From the sequence record NC_019401.1: a DNA stretch of 64,000 bases; one strand, written 5' to 3'. The notes beneath the pieces are model-generated. The model was not told where the DNA came from. It made no database searches and worked only from the letters and a program-made list of their open reading frames with translations. The translations under genes and the position numbers were made by a program. The stretch's first letter is position 1. The number at the start of each line of letters is the position of its first letter. Below are positions 8,866 to 22,918 of this stretch, one piece after another.

Positions 8866-9597
8866 ATGGAATTACGAGACGTACTACGCGACCTAGTAAC
8901 TACTACTGCTGGCATTGATTTTGATTGTATCGCTATTTCTAGCGAAGATCGTGGTCAAGGTCAACGTGTATACATGGAAGCATATACTTCTGACAAAAAC
9001 TTAGTTATGCGAGCATATACTAAAGAAGACGTACCTGAAGTTGTTGGTCGTTTTGGTATTGGTAATCTTGGGATGCTACAAGGTCTACTAAATCTAAACG
9101 TTTACAAAACTGACAGTACTAAAATCAGTGTGAATGCAAAAGATGGCGTTGTTAAAAGCCTAACTTTCAATTCAGACGAAGCAAATACCAACTATCTAGT
9201 AGTTGCGGAAAAATATATTCCGAACCAACCACGATTCACTGACCAACCATATGACGTACAGGTTACACCTAGTGCCGCTAAGGTCAATGAACTAAAAAGT
9301 TTCTCAGGTGTGTTTAAATCATTTTCTGCTTTAGTCACTCCCTTTACTGAGGATAACAGCTTATATTTCTACGTTGGTGAAAAGAATAAAAACAACCACA
9401 CAGGTACTTTACTATTCGGAAAAACTGAAGGTGAACTATCTAAAGGTTATGGTTATCCGATTGACCGTGTACTTCAAGCATTAAACCGCGTATCTAATGC
9501 TGAAACTAAGTCACTTGGCTTTACCAAAACTGGTATGTTAAACGTAACTGTAGATACTGGTGTTGCAGTTTATAGCATCTACGTGAGTGGAAGCTAA
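8866..9597 (+). CDS. Probable sliding clamp (gp45-like)
   Basis: About 243 aa, near polymerase; FGIGNLGMLQGLLNL resembles gp45 VAIYDLNGFLGILSL; start at ATG 8866 after GGAG. Confidence 0.6.
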   Translation: MELRDVLRDLVTTTAGIDFDCIAISSEDRGQGQRVYMEAYTSDKNLVMRAYTKEDVPEVVGRFGIGNLGMLQGLLNLNVYKTDSTKISVNAKDGVVKSLTFNSDEANTNYLVVAEKYIPNQPRFTDQPYDVQVTPSAAKVNELKSFSGVFKSFSALVTPFTEDNSLYFYVGEKNKNNHTGTLLFGKTEGELSKGYGYPIDRVLQALNRVSNAETKSLGFTKTGMLNVTVDTGVAVYSIYVSGS

Positions 9598-9604
9598 TTT
9601 ATAT

Positions 9605-9631
9605 AGGGGAACTTAATGTTCCCCTTTTTTA
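9605..9631 (+). terminator. Rho-independent terminator
   Basis: GGGGAAC-TTAAT-GTTCCCC followed by T-run. Confidence 0.85.
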
Positions 9632-9645
9632 TATGGAATTAAAAA

Positions 9646-10251
9646 ATGAGTACACCAAGATTTATCGCTGACCTACACATGGGTCACAAAAACATCTGGA
9701 AATATCGTCCAGTGTTCGAAAGTACTTTACATAATGATCTTTATTTCCAGTATATTTTACAAGAAGTATGTACTAAAAGAGATACTATGTTCTTTTTGGG
9801 TGATATTCTCTTTGATGAAAAATATTTAGAATTTATCAAAGAATTGCCGGGAACAAAAATTCTCATTCTGGGAAATCACTGTACTGAATATGTAAGTACT
9901 TCCAAGTTGTGCCAAGCATTTGATGAAGTTCATGGTCTTTTGAAATATAAAGAGTACTGGTTATCACATGCTCCACTTCATCCTGAAGAATTACGTGGTA
10001 AAAGAAATGTTCACGGACACGTACATACTGAATCTGTGAATGATTTGAATTACTTGAACGTATCAGTTGATAGTTCATTTATGAACTTTTTCCCACGAAC
10101 CCTTCATGAAATTCGTCAAGGTTTTGAAACAGTAAATAACGAACAAAAGATTTTTGCAGGTGTTCCAAATGAAGATGCTTTGAGCGTCATCGAAAGTAAC
10201 CCAATTGCAAAAGCTGCTTATTATAAAGCATTAGAAGAATCGAGAAAATAA
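9646..10251 (+). CDS. Calcineurin-like metallophosphoesterase
   Basis: ADLHMGH, FLGD, LGNH, SHAP, HGHVH motifs. Confidence 0.9.
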   Translation: MSTPRFIADLHMGHKNIWKYRPVFESTLHNDLYFQYILQEVCTKRDTMFFLGDILFDEKYLEFIKELPGTKILILGNHCTEYVSTSKLCQAFDEVHGLLKYKEYWLSHAPLHPEELRGKRNVHGHVHTESVNDLNYLNVSVDSSFMNFFPRTLHEIRQGFETVNNEQKIFAGVPNEDALSVIESNPIAKAAYYKALEESRK

Positions 10252-10270
10252 CTGTTTAAAAGGAATTAAT

Positions 10271-10480
10271 ATGCCACTATATACTTATCGCTGTACACAT
10301 GACGAGTGTAAACAAAGTATTGAGAAAATTGTGAAGATTAAAGATCGAGAAGACGTGAAGTTTGATTGCCCTCACTGTGGTAATACACAATCTATGGAAT
10401 TTGAAAATTTCACGCCTGGCGATAAAGGAAGTAATCTATACTTCAAAGGAAACTGGTTTGCCAATACCGGTGGATATTAA
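10271..10480 (+). CDS. FmdB-like zinc-ribbon protein
   Basis: MPLYTYRC...C...CPHCG pattern. Confidence 0.8.
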   Translation: MPLYTYRCTHDECKQSIEKIVKIKDREDVKFDCPHCGNTQSMEFENFTPGDKGSNLYFKGNWFANTGGY

Positions 10481-10501
10481 AAACATTGAATGGAGTCAAA
10501 T

Positions 10502-10789
10502 ATGAGTTTACACGCAATTAACGATTATGTCATTGTAAAACTAATCGATAATACAAAACAAAGTTCTGCTGGTCTTATTTTGACTAGTGTTGAGCCTCCT
10601 TGCACTGGTGTAGTTATCACAGTCGGGCCAGGGCGAGTATTAAATGATGGTTCCCGCGAAGAACATAACATTGAAGTAGGGGATGTGATCGTTTTTGGTA
10701 AATCATCACTAAATATGCCACTAGAAGATGATGATCAAACCTTCTATGTTATGAAAACTAGTGATATATTTGGGAAGAAAAATGGCTAA
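10502..10789 (+). CDS. groES: GroES-like co-chaperonin
   Basis: LHAINDYVIVK, SSAGLIL, GVVITVGPGR, IEVGDVIVFGK. Confidence 0.85.
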   Translation: MSLHAINDYVIVKLIDNTKQSSAGLILTSVEPPCTGVVITVGPGRVLNDGSREEHNIEVGDVIVFGKSSLNMPLEDDDQTFYVMKTSDIFGKKNG

Positions 10790-11501
10790 GAGAATTTTAC
10801 CATTCTGGTTGTACCCCTCACATTGGGGTCTACGTGGACAAGCAAAAGAGCTTGCGGAAATTGATTTTTATTTTGAAGGATTGGAAGCGGCATTGAAACG
10901 TGCTGATATTCAATATCAGACGAAATATGATCGTGAAAAAGCAAAAAATGAAATTCAATTTAATCATGGTGTAATTGATGAATTTCAATTCGAAATGAAT
11001 AAAATTCAAATTGATTTTGATAATGCTGTAATTTCAAAGCATGTAGTCGAGCACAAACGTTTAGACGTTCAGCTTAAATTTGAAAAAATTGATGAACGGA
11101 CTTATGACACAGCTATTATTGAATTGATAAAAGATGAAGACCAGAAGTATAAAGCAGCGTTGGGTTTTGCTCTGAAATATAATGAAATTACACAGAATGA
11201 ATATGAAAAAGAACTGGCAACGTTCAATCGTGAGCCTTGGTTCTTATTTGACGTGGATTATGATGAACAAAATAACGATTTAATCATGTCTTTTGATTAT
11301 AACGAATATTTTTGGAAAAAACTACGTGAAGAAGGTCATCCAGGTAATGATGAGCATGAAATCATTGACAACTTTATTAAAGATTGGGGTCGGAAGTTAG
11401 CAACTGAGGATTACAGTGGTGACTACGACACAAAGTTGACAAGCGTAAACGACGAAATGAATCGCCAGACTGGTTCTGGTGAATTTAAGATTTATGAATA
11501 A
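10782..11501 (+). CDS. Hypothetical protein
   Basis: ORF coupled to groES stop; ATG 10782. Confidence 0.7.
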   Translation: MAKRILPFWLYPSHWGLRGQAKELAEIDFYFEGLEAALKRADIQYQTKYDREKAKNEIQFNHGVIDEFQFEMNKIQIDFDNAVISKHVVEHKRLDVQLKFEKIDERTYDTAIIELIKDEDQKYKAALGFALKYNEITQNEYEKELATFNREPWFLFDVDYDEQNNDLIMSFDYNEYFWKKLREEGHPGNDEHEIIDNFIKDWGRKLATEDYSGDYDTKLTSVNDEMNRQTGSGEFKIYE

Positions 11502-11530
11502 AAAAAGGAGAACATATGTTCTCCTTTTTC
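11500..11530. terminator. Bidirectional terminator between convergent genes
   Basis: AAAAAAGGAGAAC-ATAT-GTTCTCCTTTTT. Confidence 0.85.
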
Positions 11531-11545
11531 TTTTTATATTTTTAA

Positions 11546-12202
11546 TTAAATTGACAATGCTGGAATTGCTTTGTACACTTTAATTGCAAAGTTACCAGCA
11601 GCAGCAGCAGTAGCAGAAGAAGTTAGAATAACTTCAGTACCAGTACTGGTTAGCATTGGAACACCTGATAGATCATCAATTAGTAGACGACCTTCATCGA
11701 TAGAGTTCGCTGGAACACCTTGGAAAGTTGTAAGATCTTTATCAAACACAGTTGCACGTTCTACTAGGAAAGTAATAACGTTAGCAGAAGCTACAGAAGC
11801 AGCACCAGAAACGCCCGATGGAGCATTTTTGAAGCCAGAAACCGCAACACCTTGTGCAGTTAGTGAAGTACTTAGAACAACCGCACGTTGTTGAACAATG
11901 TCAATCACACGTTTAACGTTTGTTTGTGCAGCATAAGCAGCGGTATAATCAGCAGCCAATGAAACAGCTACGAAATCAGTACCGTCAACACGAACAACAC
12001 CTTTGTCATTCAAATACTTAACGATTACGTCAGCATCTACTGTGTTTAGGAAACGTTGAAGTTCAGCAAAAGATGCAACAGCACCAGTAACTTTAACAAC
12101 TACGTTGGAAGCCCCGCCGATAGCGACGGAAACAAGTGAGTTTTTACCCATGAAGTAGCCAAGTACGCCACTTTCAGAGAAACCATTAATACGTTCTAAC
12201 AT
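11546..12202 (-). CDS. Probable virion structural protein, paralogue of 12218..12778
   Basis: Ala/Val-rich, high-expression codon bias, shared motifs QRAVVLSTS / ITFLVER / IKVYKAIP. Confidence 0.6.
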   Translation of the reverse strand: MLERINGFSESGVLGYFMGKNSLVSVAIGGASNVVVKVTGAVASFAELQRFLNTVDADVIVKYLNDKGVVRVDGTDFVAVSLAADYTAAYAAQTNVKRVIDIVQQRAVVLSTSLTAQGVAVSGFKNAPSGVSGAASVASANVITFLVERATVFDKDLTTFQGVPANSIDEGRLLIDDLSGVPMLTSTGTEVILTSSATAAAAGNFAIKVYKAIPALSI

Positions 12203-12217
12203 ATTTTAATCTCCCTA

Positions 12218-12778
12218 TTATAGTAGTACTGGTAGTGCTTTAAACACTTTAACACCAACAGCAGCAGCAGCAGCAGGAGTACCATCTTTCTTCTGGAATA
12301 CACCAGCTTGAGCTAGGTTAGCAGCAATTTCAGCAGTTGGATCAACAGTTAGTGCATAAGTAGAACCAGGTTTGTTAACTTGTTTGGTAAACACGTCTTG
12401 ACGTTCAACGATAAAAGTAATACCGAAAGAATTATCAGCTAGAGTACCAGCTTTACCGAAAGCGATAACATTACCACCAACAGTTTCAAAGCCAGAAGCA
12501 GTAGGATCAACATCGTTAGAGAGAGCGGAAGTAGTTACTAGAACCGCACGTTGTGCAAGAGCTTGAGCAATGATAAATTGGTTTTTCTCAGCAGCAGATT
12601 TTGCAGTTTGAGCAGCGTTATCGCCAGCTTCAGTACCGTCAAATGCAACTGCGGATACGCCGATTTCTACATCAGCAGGTAGAGTAACAACAACAGTTAC
12701 GAAACCGTTATCACCACCCCAAAATTCGCGACTGTTAGCAGACATGCCGTAGTTACGATCAAAAGAATTAAGACTCAT
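12218..12778 (-). CDS. Probable virion structural protein, paralogue of 11546..12202
   Basis: Start MSLNSFDR after AGGAG RBS; motifs QRAVLVTTS / ITFIVER / VKVFKALP; late promoter upstream. Confidence 0.6.
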   Translation of the reverse strand: MSLNSFDRNYGMSANSREFWGGDNGFVTVVVTLPADVEIGVSAVAFDGTEAGDNAAQTAKSAAEKNQFIIAQALAQRAVLVTTSALSNDVDPTASGFETVGGNVIAFGKAGTLADNSFGITFIVERQDVFTKQVNKPGSTYALTVDPTAEIAANLAQAGVFQKKDGTPAAAAAVGVKVFKALPVLL

Positions 12779-12831
12779 AAAAAATCTCCTATGTCTAATT
12801 TGGTGCAGGTACTTATTGACCTGCTTAATGT

Positions 12832-12838
12832 TATTTAT
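12832..12838 (-). promoter_or_regulatory. T4-like late promoter (ATAAATA on minus strand)
   Basis: TATTTAT on + strand, about 55 bp upstream of the 12778 start. Confidence 0.55.
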
Positions 12839-12883
12839 CAAATCCTTTTCGTTAGTATTAATAACGTAAAAAAATTTAATTAA

Positions 12884-13959
<1,076 letters not shown>

Positions 13960-13960
<1 letters not shown>

Positions 13961-14460
13961 TGGCTATTTTAAAAATTCTTACTGAGTATTCATTCATTGT
14001 CGAAACCAGTACTGGTGAAAAGATGGGTATTCTTGTCAATTATGATGAAGGTACTACTGAACGTACTGGAATTGAGTTCTTCACTTCTGACGGTGCACTA
14101 AAGTTTGATAGTATTAAAGAACTTGAAGAACTTTTAGGTGAAGAATTCACCTATGAAGAAATCGAAGTTACTGACAGTACTAATGCGTCTAAAGCATTAG
14201 GTGACTATCCAATTAATGATACTGATAATATCATTGACATTCAATACGATGATCCTCTAGGAATTGGCTCATTCAGGAAAAGTGCTCGTTCCAAGAAGCG
14301 TTTTTATCCTGGCTGGTGGCTTGTTCGTGGTGAAAATGGTTCATATTTGCCACGATTGACATTGAGTGTTGACATATATAATGAAAGAAACAACACAGAA
14401 GCACTATATGGTCCATTTAAAACCTATATGGATGTTACATATACGCTAAAACAGCTATAA
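13960..14460 (+). CDS. Hypothetical protein
   Basis: ORF translationally coupled to rnh. Confidence 0.7.
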
Positions 14461-14503
14461 GATACACAGTACTGCTAGTATGCAGTACTTTTTAAGGAAG
14501 ATT

Positions 14504-16846
<2,343 letters not shown>

Positions 16847-16847
<1 letters not shown>

Positions 16848-16853
16848 TAAATA
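16847..16853 (+). promoter_or_regulatory. T4-like late promoter (ATAAATA)
   Basis: Upstream of 16884 ORF. Confidence 0.5.
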
Positions 16854-16871
16854 TATCTATACAAGATTTGA

Positions 16872-18173
<1,302 letters not shown>

Positions 18174-18198
18174 ACTCCCTCCCCAACTTATAAATAGA

Positions 18199-18227
18199 TG
18201 AAATGTTGTACTATTTTGTGGTATAAT
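18199..18227 (+). promoter_or_regulatory. Conserved phage promoter (TGAAAT variant), first of a tandem pair
   Basis: TGAAATGTTGTACTATTTTGTGGTATAAT. Confidence 0.8.
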
Positions 18228-18284
18228 GTAAAAGAATTTGAGGCAACTCAAGTCGTCAAGTCAAGACATAAAATGACAAAAATG

Positions 18285-18313
18285 TGAAACGCCACAAGAA
18301 ATTGTGGTATAAT
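18285..18313 (+). promoter_or_regulatory. Conserved phage promoter, second of a tandem pair before SSB
   Basis: TGAAACGCCACAAGAAATTGTGGTATAAT. Confidence 0.85.
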
Positions 18314-18398
18314 ATGAATGTCAGAGGCAGGAAGCCAAAGACAAAAGAAGCAAAATTAAACTAAGTAACAAAGAAGCAAATTGATAAGGAAATCAAAA

Positions 18399-19442
18399 AT
18401 GGCAACATTAGCAGAAATTCGTGCACTACTAGCAGCAGAAGCGGCAAAAGCAGAAGCAGCAAAAAATGGTACATTCGTTGGTAACGGACAACCTGATGCG
18501 TTTCTAGCATTCTGGAATATTCCAGAGAATCAAGATCTAAATCTACGTTTTCTACCAGATGCAGATCCAAACAACACATATTTTTGGCGTGAACGTGAGA
18601 TGATTAATCTTGAGTTCAACGGAATTAAAGGTGTACACACTGATAAAGTGCGTCTACAAGTTCCATGTAACGAAATGTGGGTTCCAAATTCTTGCCCTGT
18701 ACTAACTGAAATCCGTCAGTGGTACAAAGTTGCTAAAGAAACTGGTAACGAAGATCTATCTAAACAAGCATCTAAGTACTGGAAAAAGAAATCATATCTA
18801 TTCCAATGCCTAATTGCACCAAACTCTGTAGAAGTCAAAGATGACAACGCTCCAGAGAATCCAATCCGTCGTGTTCTAGTGAACAAAGATTTGTTTGAGA
18901 AAATCAAATCAATTCTAATGAACCCTGATGTAGAAGAACTACCAACTGATTTCGAACATGGTCGTGATTTCCGTGTTATTAAATCTAAAAACGCTGGTGG
19001 CTTCAATAACTATGATGCATCACAGTTCAAATTCTCCGAACGTCCACTAAACGATGAAGAACGTGCTGCGATTGAAAAATATGGTCTATTCACTCTAAAT
19101 GAGTTTATGCCAAAGCAACCAACTCCAGAAGAACTAAATGCAATCCGTGAAATGTTTGAAGCATCTTGCAATGGTGAAGCATATGATCCTGCACGTTGGG
19201 CTGCGTTTTATCGTCCAGCAGGTGTTCAAAAACCAGCAACTGGTTCTACAACAGACACTCCAACTATTCAAGCAGCATCTACACCTGCACCAGTGAAAAC
19301 TGCACCAGTAGTAGAAAGCCAACCAGTAGTTACAGAAACTGCACCAGCAGCAGAAGCGGCTCCAGCTACTTCAGCAGCACCAAAAGAGAAACTATCTCCA
19401 GCAGATCTAGTAGCTAAACTAAAGGCTAAAAGCGGTCAATAA
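18399..19442 (+). CDS. gp32: Single-stranded DNA-binding protein (gp32-like)
   Basis: LRFLPD, CPV, YWKKKSY, GRDFRVIK, NYDASQF; Ala/Pro-rich tail; upstream of uvsX. Confidence 0.88.
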   Translation: MATLAEIRALLAAEAAKAEAAKNGTFVGNGQPDAFLAFWNIPENQDLNLRFLPDADPNNTYFWREREMINLEFNGIKGVHTDKVRLQVPCNEMWVPNSCPVLTEIRQWYKVAKETGNEDLSKQASKYWKKKSYLFQCLIAPNSVEVKDDNAPENPIRRVLVNKDLFEKIKSILMNPDVEELPTDFEHGRDFRVIKSKNAGGFNNYDASQFKFSERPLNDEERAAIEKYGLFTLNEFMPKQPTPEELNAIREMFEASCNGEAYDPARWAAFYRPAGVQKPATGSTTDTPTIQAASTPAPVKTAPVVESQPVVTETAPAAEAAPATSAAPKEKLSPADLVAKLKAKSGQ

Positions 19443-19458
19443 TAGTTAAAAAACAATT

Positions 19459-19481
19459 GGGGCAACGGATTTGCCCCGATT
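19459..19481 (+). terminator. Hairpin after SSB gene
   Basis: GGGGCAA-CGGAT-TTGCCCC with weak T-tract. Confidence 0.55.
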
Positions 19482-19500
19482 TCATTTCATGGAGAGATAT

Positions 19501-20631
19501 ATGAAAAATACGTCTGTTGGTTTATCTAGCATTATTAAAAACAGTTCAAATAGTATCAAAAAAATGACTGGTGTAAGTATCGGTTTCCACGATCCTGATA
19601 CCTGGATTAGTACTGGTAACTATGCATTGAACTATCTTATCAGCGGTGAATTTGACGGTGGTATCCCACTAGGTAAAGTTACTGTATTCGCTGGTGAGTC
19701 TGGTGCTGGTAAATCTTATATTGTTTCCGGTAACGTTATCCGCGAAGCACAAAAACAAGGAATTTACCCATACGTAATCGACTCTGAAAACGCCCTTGAC
19801 GACAAGTGGTTAACAGATCTTGGCGTAGATACTGATGAATCAATGATGTTCAAAGCGAATGCTGCGATGATTGATGACGTTGCAAGACTAATTGCAGATG
19901 TTGTTAAAGATTATCGTGCACAGTTTGGTGATCTTCCACGTGAAGAACGTCCAAAACTACTATTCGTAATCGATTCACTAGGTATGTTAATGACACCAAC
20001 TGAAACCGCTCAGTTCGAAAATGGTGATATGAAAGGCGATATGGGTCGTAAGGCTAAACAGCTAAAAGCGTTAGTAACTAACTGTGTAAACATGTTCGGT
20101 GATCTAAACATTGGCCTAATTGCAACAAACCATACCTATGCATCTCAAGATATGTTCGATCCAGACCCTAAAGTTTCTGGTGGTGCAGGTTTCGTTTATG
20201 CTTCTTCCATTATGGTTGCAATGCGTAAACTTAAACTTAAAGAAGATGAAGATGGTAACAAAACTTCACAAGTAAATGGTATTCGTGCTTCATGTAAAAT
20301 CATGAAAACACGTTATAACAAACCATTCGAAGATGTTGAAATCAAAATCCCTTACAACACTGGCATGAACCCATACAGCGGCTTGCTAGATATGTTTGAA
20401 AAACGTGGTTTAGTAACTAAATCCGGTAACAGTCTAGTTTATGTTGACATTGATACTGGTGAAGAAATCAAGAAATTCCGTAAAGCATGGGAAAAGAATG
20501 ACAACTCATGTTTAGATTTAGTAATGGGTCAGTTTAAACGCCATCCACTAATTGCGGCAGTTACTGAAGCAGAAAAAGGTGATGAAGATTTTGGTGTAGA
20601 CCTTGATCTTGAGGAAGTGAACGAGGAATAA
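19501..20631 (+). CDS. uvsX: RecA-family recombinase (UvsX-like)
   Basis: ISTGNYALN, GESGAGKS, DSENA, IDSLG, NHTY, SGG motifs. Confidence 0.93.
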   Translation: MKNTSVGLSSIIKNSSNSIKKMTGVSIGFHDPDTWISTGNYALNYLISGEFDGGIPLGKVTVFAGESGAGKSYIVSGNVIREAQKQGIYPYVIDSENALDDKWLTDLGVDTDESMMFKANAAMIDDVARLIADVVKDYRAQFGDLPREERPKLLFVIDSLGMLMTPTETAQFENGDMKGDMGRKAKQLKALVTNCVNMFGDLNIGLIATNHTYASQDMFDPDPKVSGGAGFVYASSIMVAMRKLKLKEDEDGNKTSQVNGIRASCKIMKTRYNKPFEDVEIKIPYNTGMNPYSGLLDMFEKRGLVTKSGNSLVYVDIDTGEEIKKFRKAWEKNDNSCLDLVMGQFKRHPLIAAVTEAEKGDEDFGVDLDLEEVNEE

Positions 20632-20632
20632 T

Positions 20633-21097
20633 ATGGCTAAAGCATGGCATTGGATCATCAAAGATGACAAAACAAAGATACTTGATATGGTTGAGTACTT
20701 TGAAAATGAGTTAGTAGACGCTCGTCGGGAAGTAAAACAATCTGGAGTGATTGAAACACTAGCACAACAATTGCCAGCTTATCATGAACTTCGTTTTAGT
20801 CAGCTACAGCAAGTAGAAACTGTTCTAGAAATCTTAGAAATTGAGTTAAAACAACTTGAATCTGAGAAATTTAAACATCTTTTAGAGCACTACAAACGTG
20901 CTCTTAGCAGTTCAGACTGTAAAAAGTACGTTGATGGTGATCCAGATGTGGTTGCCACTAATCAGATGATTGCTGACGTAGCTTATATACGAAATCAACT
21001 ACTTGGTGTGGTGAAATCGTTAGAAATGAAAGCGTTCCAATTGAACAACATTGTTCGTTTGAGAACGGCAGGTATCGAAGATAGTAGAATCGATTAA
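20633..21097 (+). CDS. uvsY: Recombination mediator (UvsY-like)
   Basis: Helical protein directly after uvsX; KKYVDGDPDV...KAFQLNNIVRLR pattern. Confidence 0.7.
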   Translation: MAKAWHWIIKDDKTKILDMVEYFENELVDARREVKQSGVIETLAQQLPAYHELRFSQLQQVETVLEILEIELKQLESEKFKHLLEHYKRALSSSDCKKYVDGDPDVVATNQMIADVAYIRNQLLGVVKSLEMKAFQLNNIVRLRTAGIEDSRID

Positions 21098-21109
21098 AAA
21101 TTCATAAAT

Positions 21110-21137
21110 AAAAAGACAGCATATGCTGTCTTTTTTC
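21110..21137 (+). terminator. Rho-independent terminator
   Basis: AAAAAGACAGC-ATAT-GCTGTCTTTTTT. Confidence 0.85.
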
Positions 21138-21154
21138 ATTTATAGGGTTTTTAT

Positions 21155-22063
21155 ATGCCAAAAAAATTAACGCCTGAAGAATTTTCCAAAAAGTCAAATG
21201 ATAAGTTTGGTGATAAATTTAAAATAATTACAGAATATGTTTCTTATGAAAAAAATATTATAATTTCCTGCAAAGAACATGGAAATTTTAACACAACCCC
21301 AAAAATACACTTAAAAGGTGCAGGTGGTTGTCCGAAATGTTCTGGTAATACTAAACAAACAACTGAAAATTTCATAGAACGATCAAAAAAGATTTATGGT
21401 GATACGTTTAACTACACGAACACAAATTACACAGGCATTAACAATAAAGTGATAATTACATGTAAAATACATGGTGATTTTGAACAATTTGTTAAACCTC
21501 ACCTTAATGGTTCTGGCTGCACAAAATGTTCAGGTAGAGCTAAACACACAACTGAGTCGTTTATTGAAGCATCTGTTAAGAAACATGGGAATGTATACGA
21601 TTATTCCAAAACCGCATATGGTAAAAATAATAAACAACAAGTTACAATAATATGTCCCACTCATGGTGAATTTGAACAGATTCCTAATAGTCATCTTTCT
21701 GGTAAAGGATGTGTTAAATGCTCAAATGAAGCATTATATTCTAAAGCAGTAAATGAAATTCTTAATTATTTTAAACAACATGATATAGAATATGAATTAG
21801 AAAAAACTTTTCCCGATTGTAAAAATATATTATCGCTTCGATATGATTTTTATATTCCATCAATCAATACTTGTATTGAATACGATGGACTACAGCATTT
21901 TGAAAGTTGTGGTTGGGGTGGAGAAGACAAATTAAAATTAACACAAGAAAATGATAAAATTAAAAATGAGTATTGTGAAAATAATAATATAGGTTTAGTT
22001 CGTATAAAATACAACGAAGACCACATTAAAATATTAAAAAGGATATTTAATGACAGAGCTTGA
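21155..22063 (+). mobile_element. Free-standing putative homing endonuclease (CxxHG Zn-repeats + PD-(D/E)xK/Vsr-like nuclease)
   Basis: Three C-x2-HG-x-F...HL-x-G-x-GC-x-KC repeats; C-terminal LRYDFYIPSINTCIEYDGLQH; more AT-rich codon usage than its neighbours. Confidence 0.75.
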
Positions 22064-22895
22064 CAATTTTTTCAATAACGTCATGGTACTCGACACTGAA
22101 ACTACTGGTGTTGACGATGACTCAGACATTATTGAATTTAGTGCATCATTTCCAGTAAGTGCAAATGATTCATTCGAGGATGTATACAACTACACTTCTC
22201 GTTTCAAACCAACCAATGACGTGCCACCTGATGCATCAGCAATTCACTTCATCACAACTGAAGATTTAGTAAATGAACTAACTTATGCTGAGAAAAGTGA
22301 AGAATTTTATCCATTATTTCAAATCAAACAGTACTATGTAGGACACAACGTGCAGTTTGACAGAAGAATGCTAAGAAAAAATCACGAACGCTTTTTCGGG
22401 ACTGAAGTTCCTGAGTTTGAAAACGATGATAGTTGGATTTGTACTTTAAAGTTAGCAAAAAAGCTATTTGCTGAAGATCCTGAATTCGAAAACCTAACTT
22501 TAAGCTATTTGTGGTTTAAATTTGGATTGAATAAGACATGTACTCACAAAATTGTGCCACATAGTGCAGAAGATGATGTGTATATGACTTATAAGGTACT
22601 TTTGCATCTAGTAAATATTGCAATCGAACGTGGCTTGATCGATACCAATAAGGAAATTGGTTCACAAGTCGTTACATTAGCAAACACACCAATACTATAC
22701 AGTGTTATGACCATCGGTAAGCACAAAGGTTGGGTAATGGAAGATGTTCCTGAGAATTATTTGAAATGGATGATTTCAAATATGGACATTATGAATCCAG
22801 ACATGCCTAACTTTGACGCAGATCTTGCCTTTACTGTCGAAACAGAAATAACTCGTAGATTGGAAAATGGACTAATGTCGTTCGACACTGAATAA
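22050..22895 (+). CDS. DEDDh 3'-5' exonuclease (ExoX/epsilon-like) with C-terminal GKHKG domain
   Basis: LDTETTG, GHNVQFD, HSAEDD; MTIGKHKG...VPENYLKW. Confidence 0.9.
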   Translation: MTELDNFFNNVMVLDTETTGVDDDSDIIEFSASFPVSANDSFEDVYNYTSRFKPTNDVPPDASAIHFITTEDLVNELTYAEKSEEFYPLFQIKQYYVGHNVQFDRRMLRKNHERFFGTEVPEFENDDSWICTLKLAKKLFAEDPEFENLTLSYLWFKFGLNKTCTHKIVPHSAEDDVYMTYKVLLHLVNIAIERGLIDTNKEIGSQVVTLANTPILYSVMTIGKHKGWVMEDVPENYLKWMISNMDIMNPDMPNFDADLAFTVETEITRRLENGLMSFDTE

Positions 22896-22918
22896 TACGA
22901 AATAAAAAGGACTCAAGG

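Noticed and set aside
11600-12280. GCA-GCA-GCA tandem repeats as a repeat element
   Set aside because: They simply encode poly-Ala stretches of the minus-strand proteins
18314-18364. 16-codon ORF MNVRGRKPKTKEAKLN in the SSB leader
   Set aside because: Its ATG directly abuts the -10 box of the 18285 promoter, so that transcript would not include it, and it has no RBS
18174-18398. tRNA or structured ncRNA in the largest intergenic gap
   Set aside because: No cloverleaf, T-loop GTTC or CCA pattern; the region is explained by promoters and an A-rich leader
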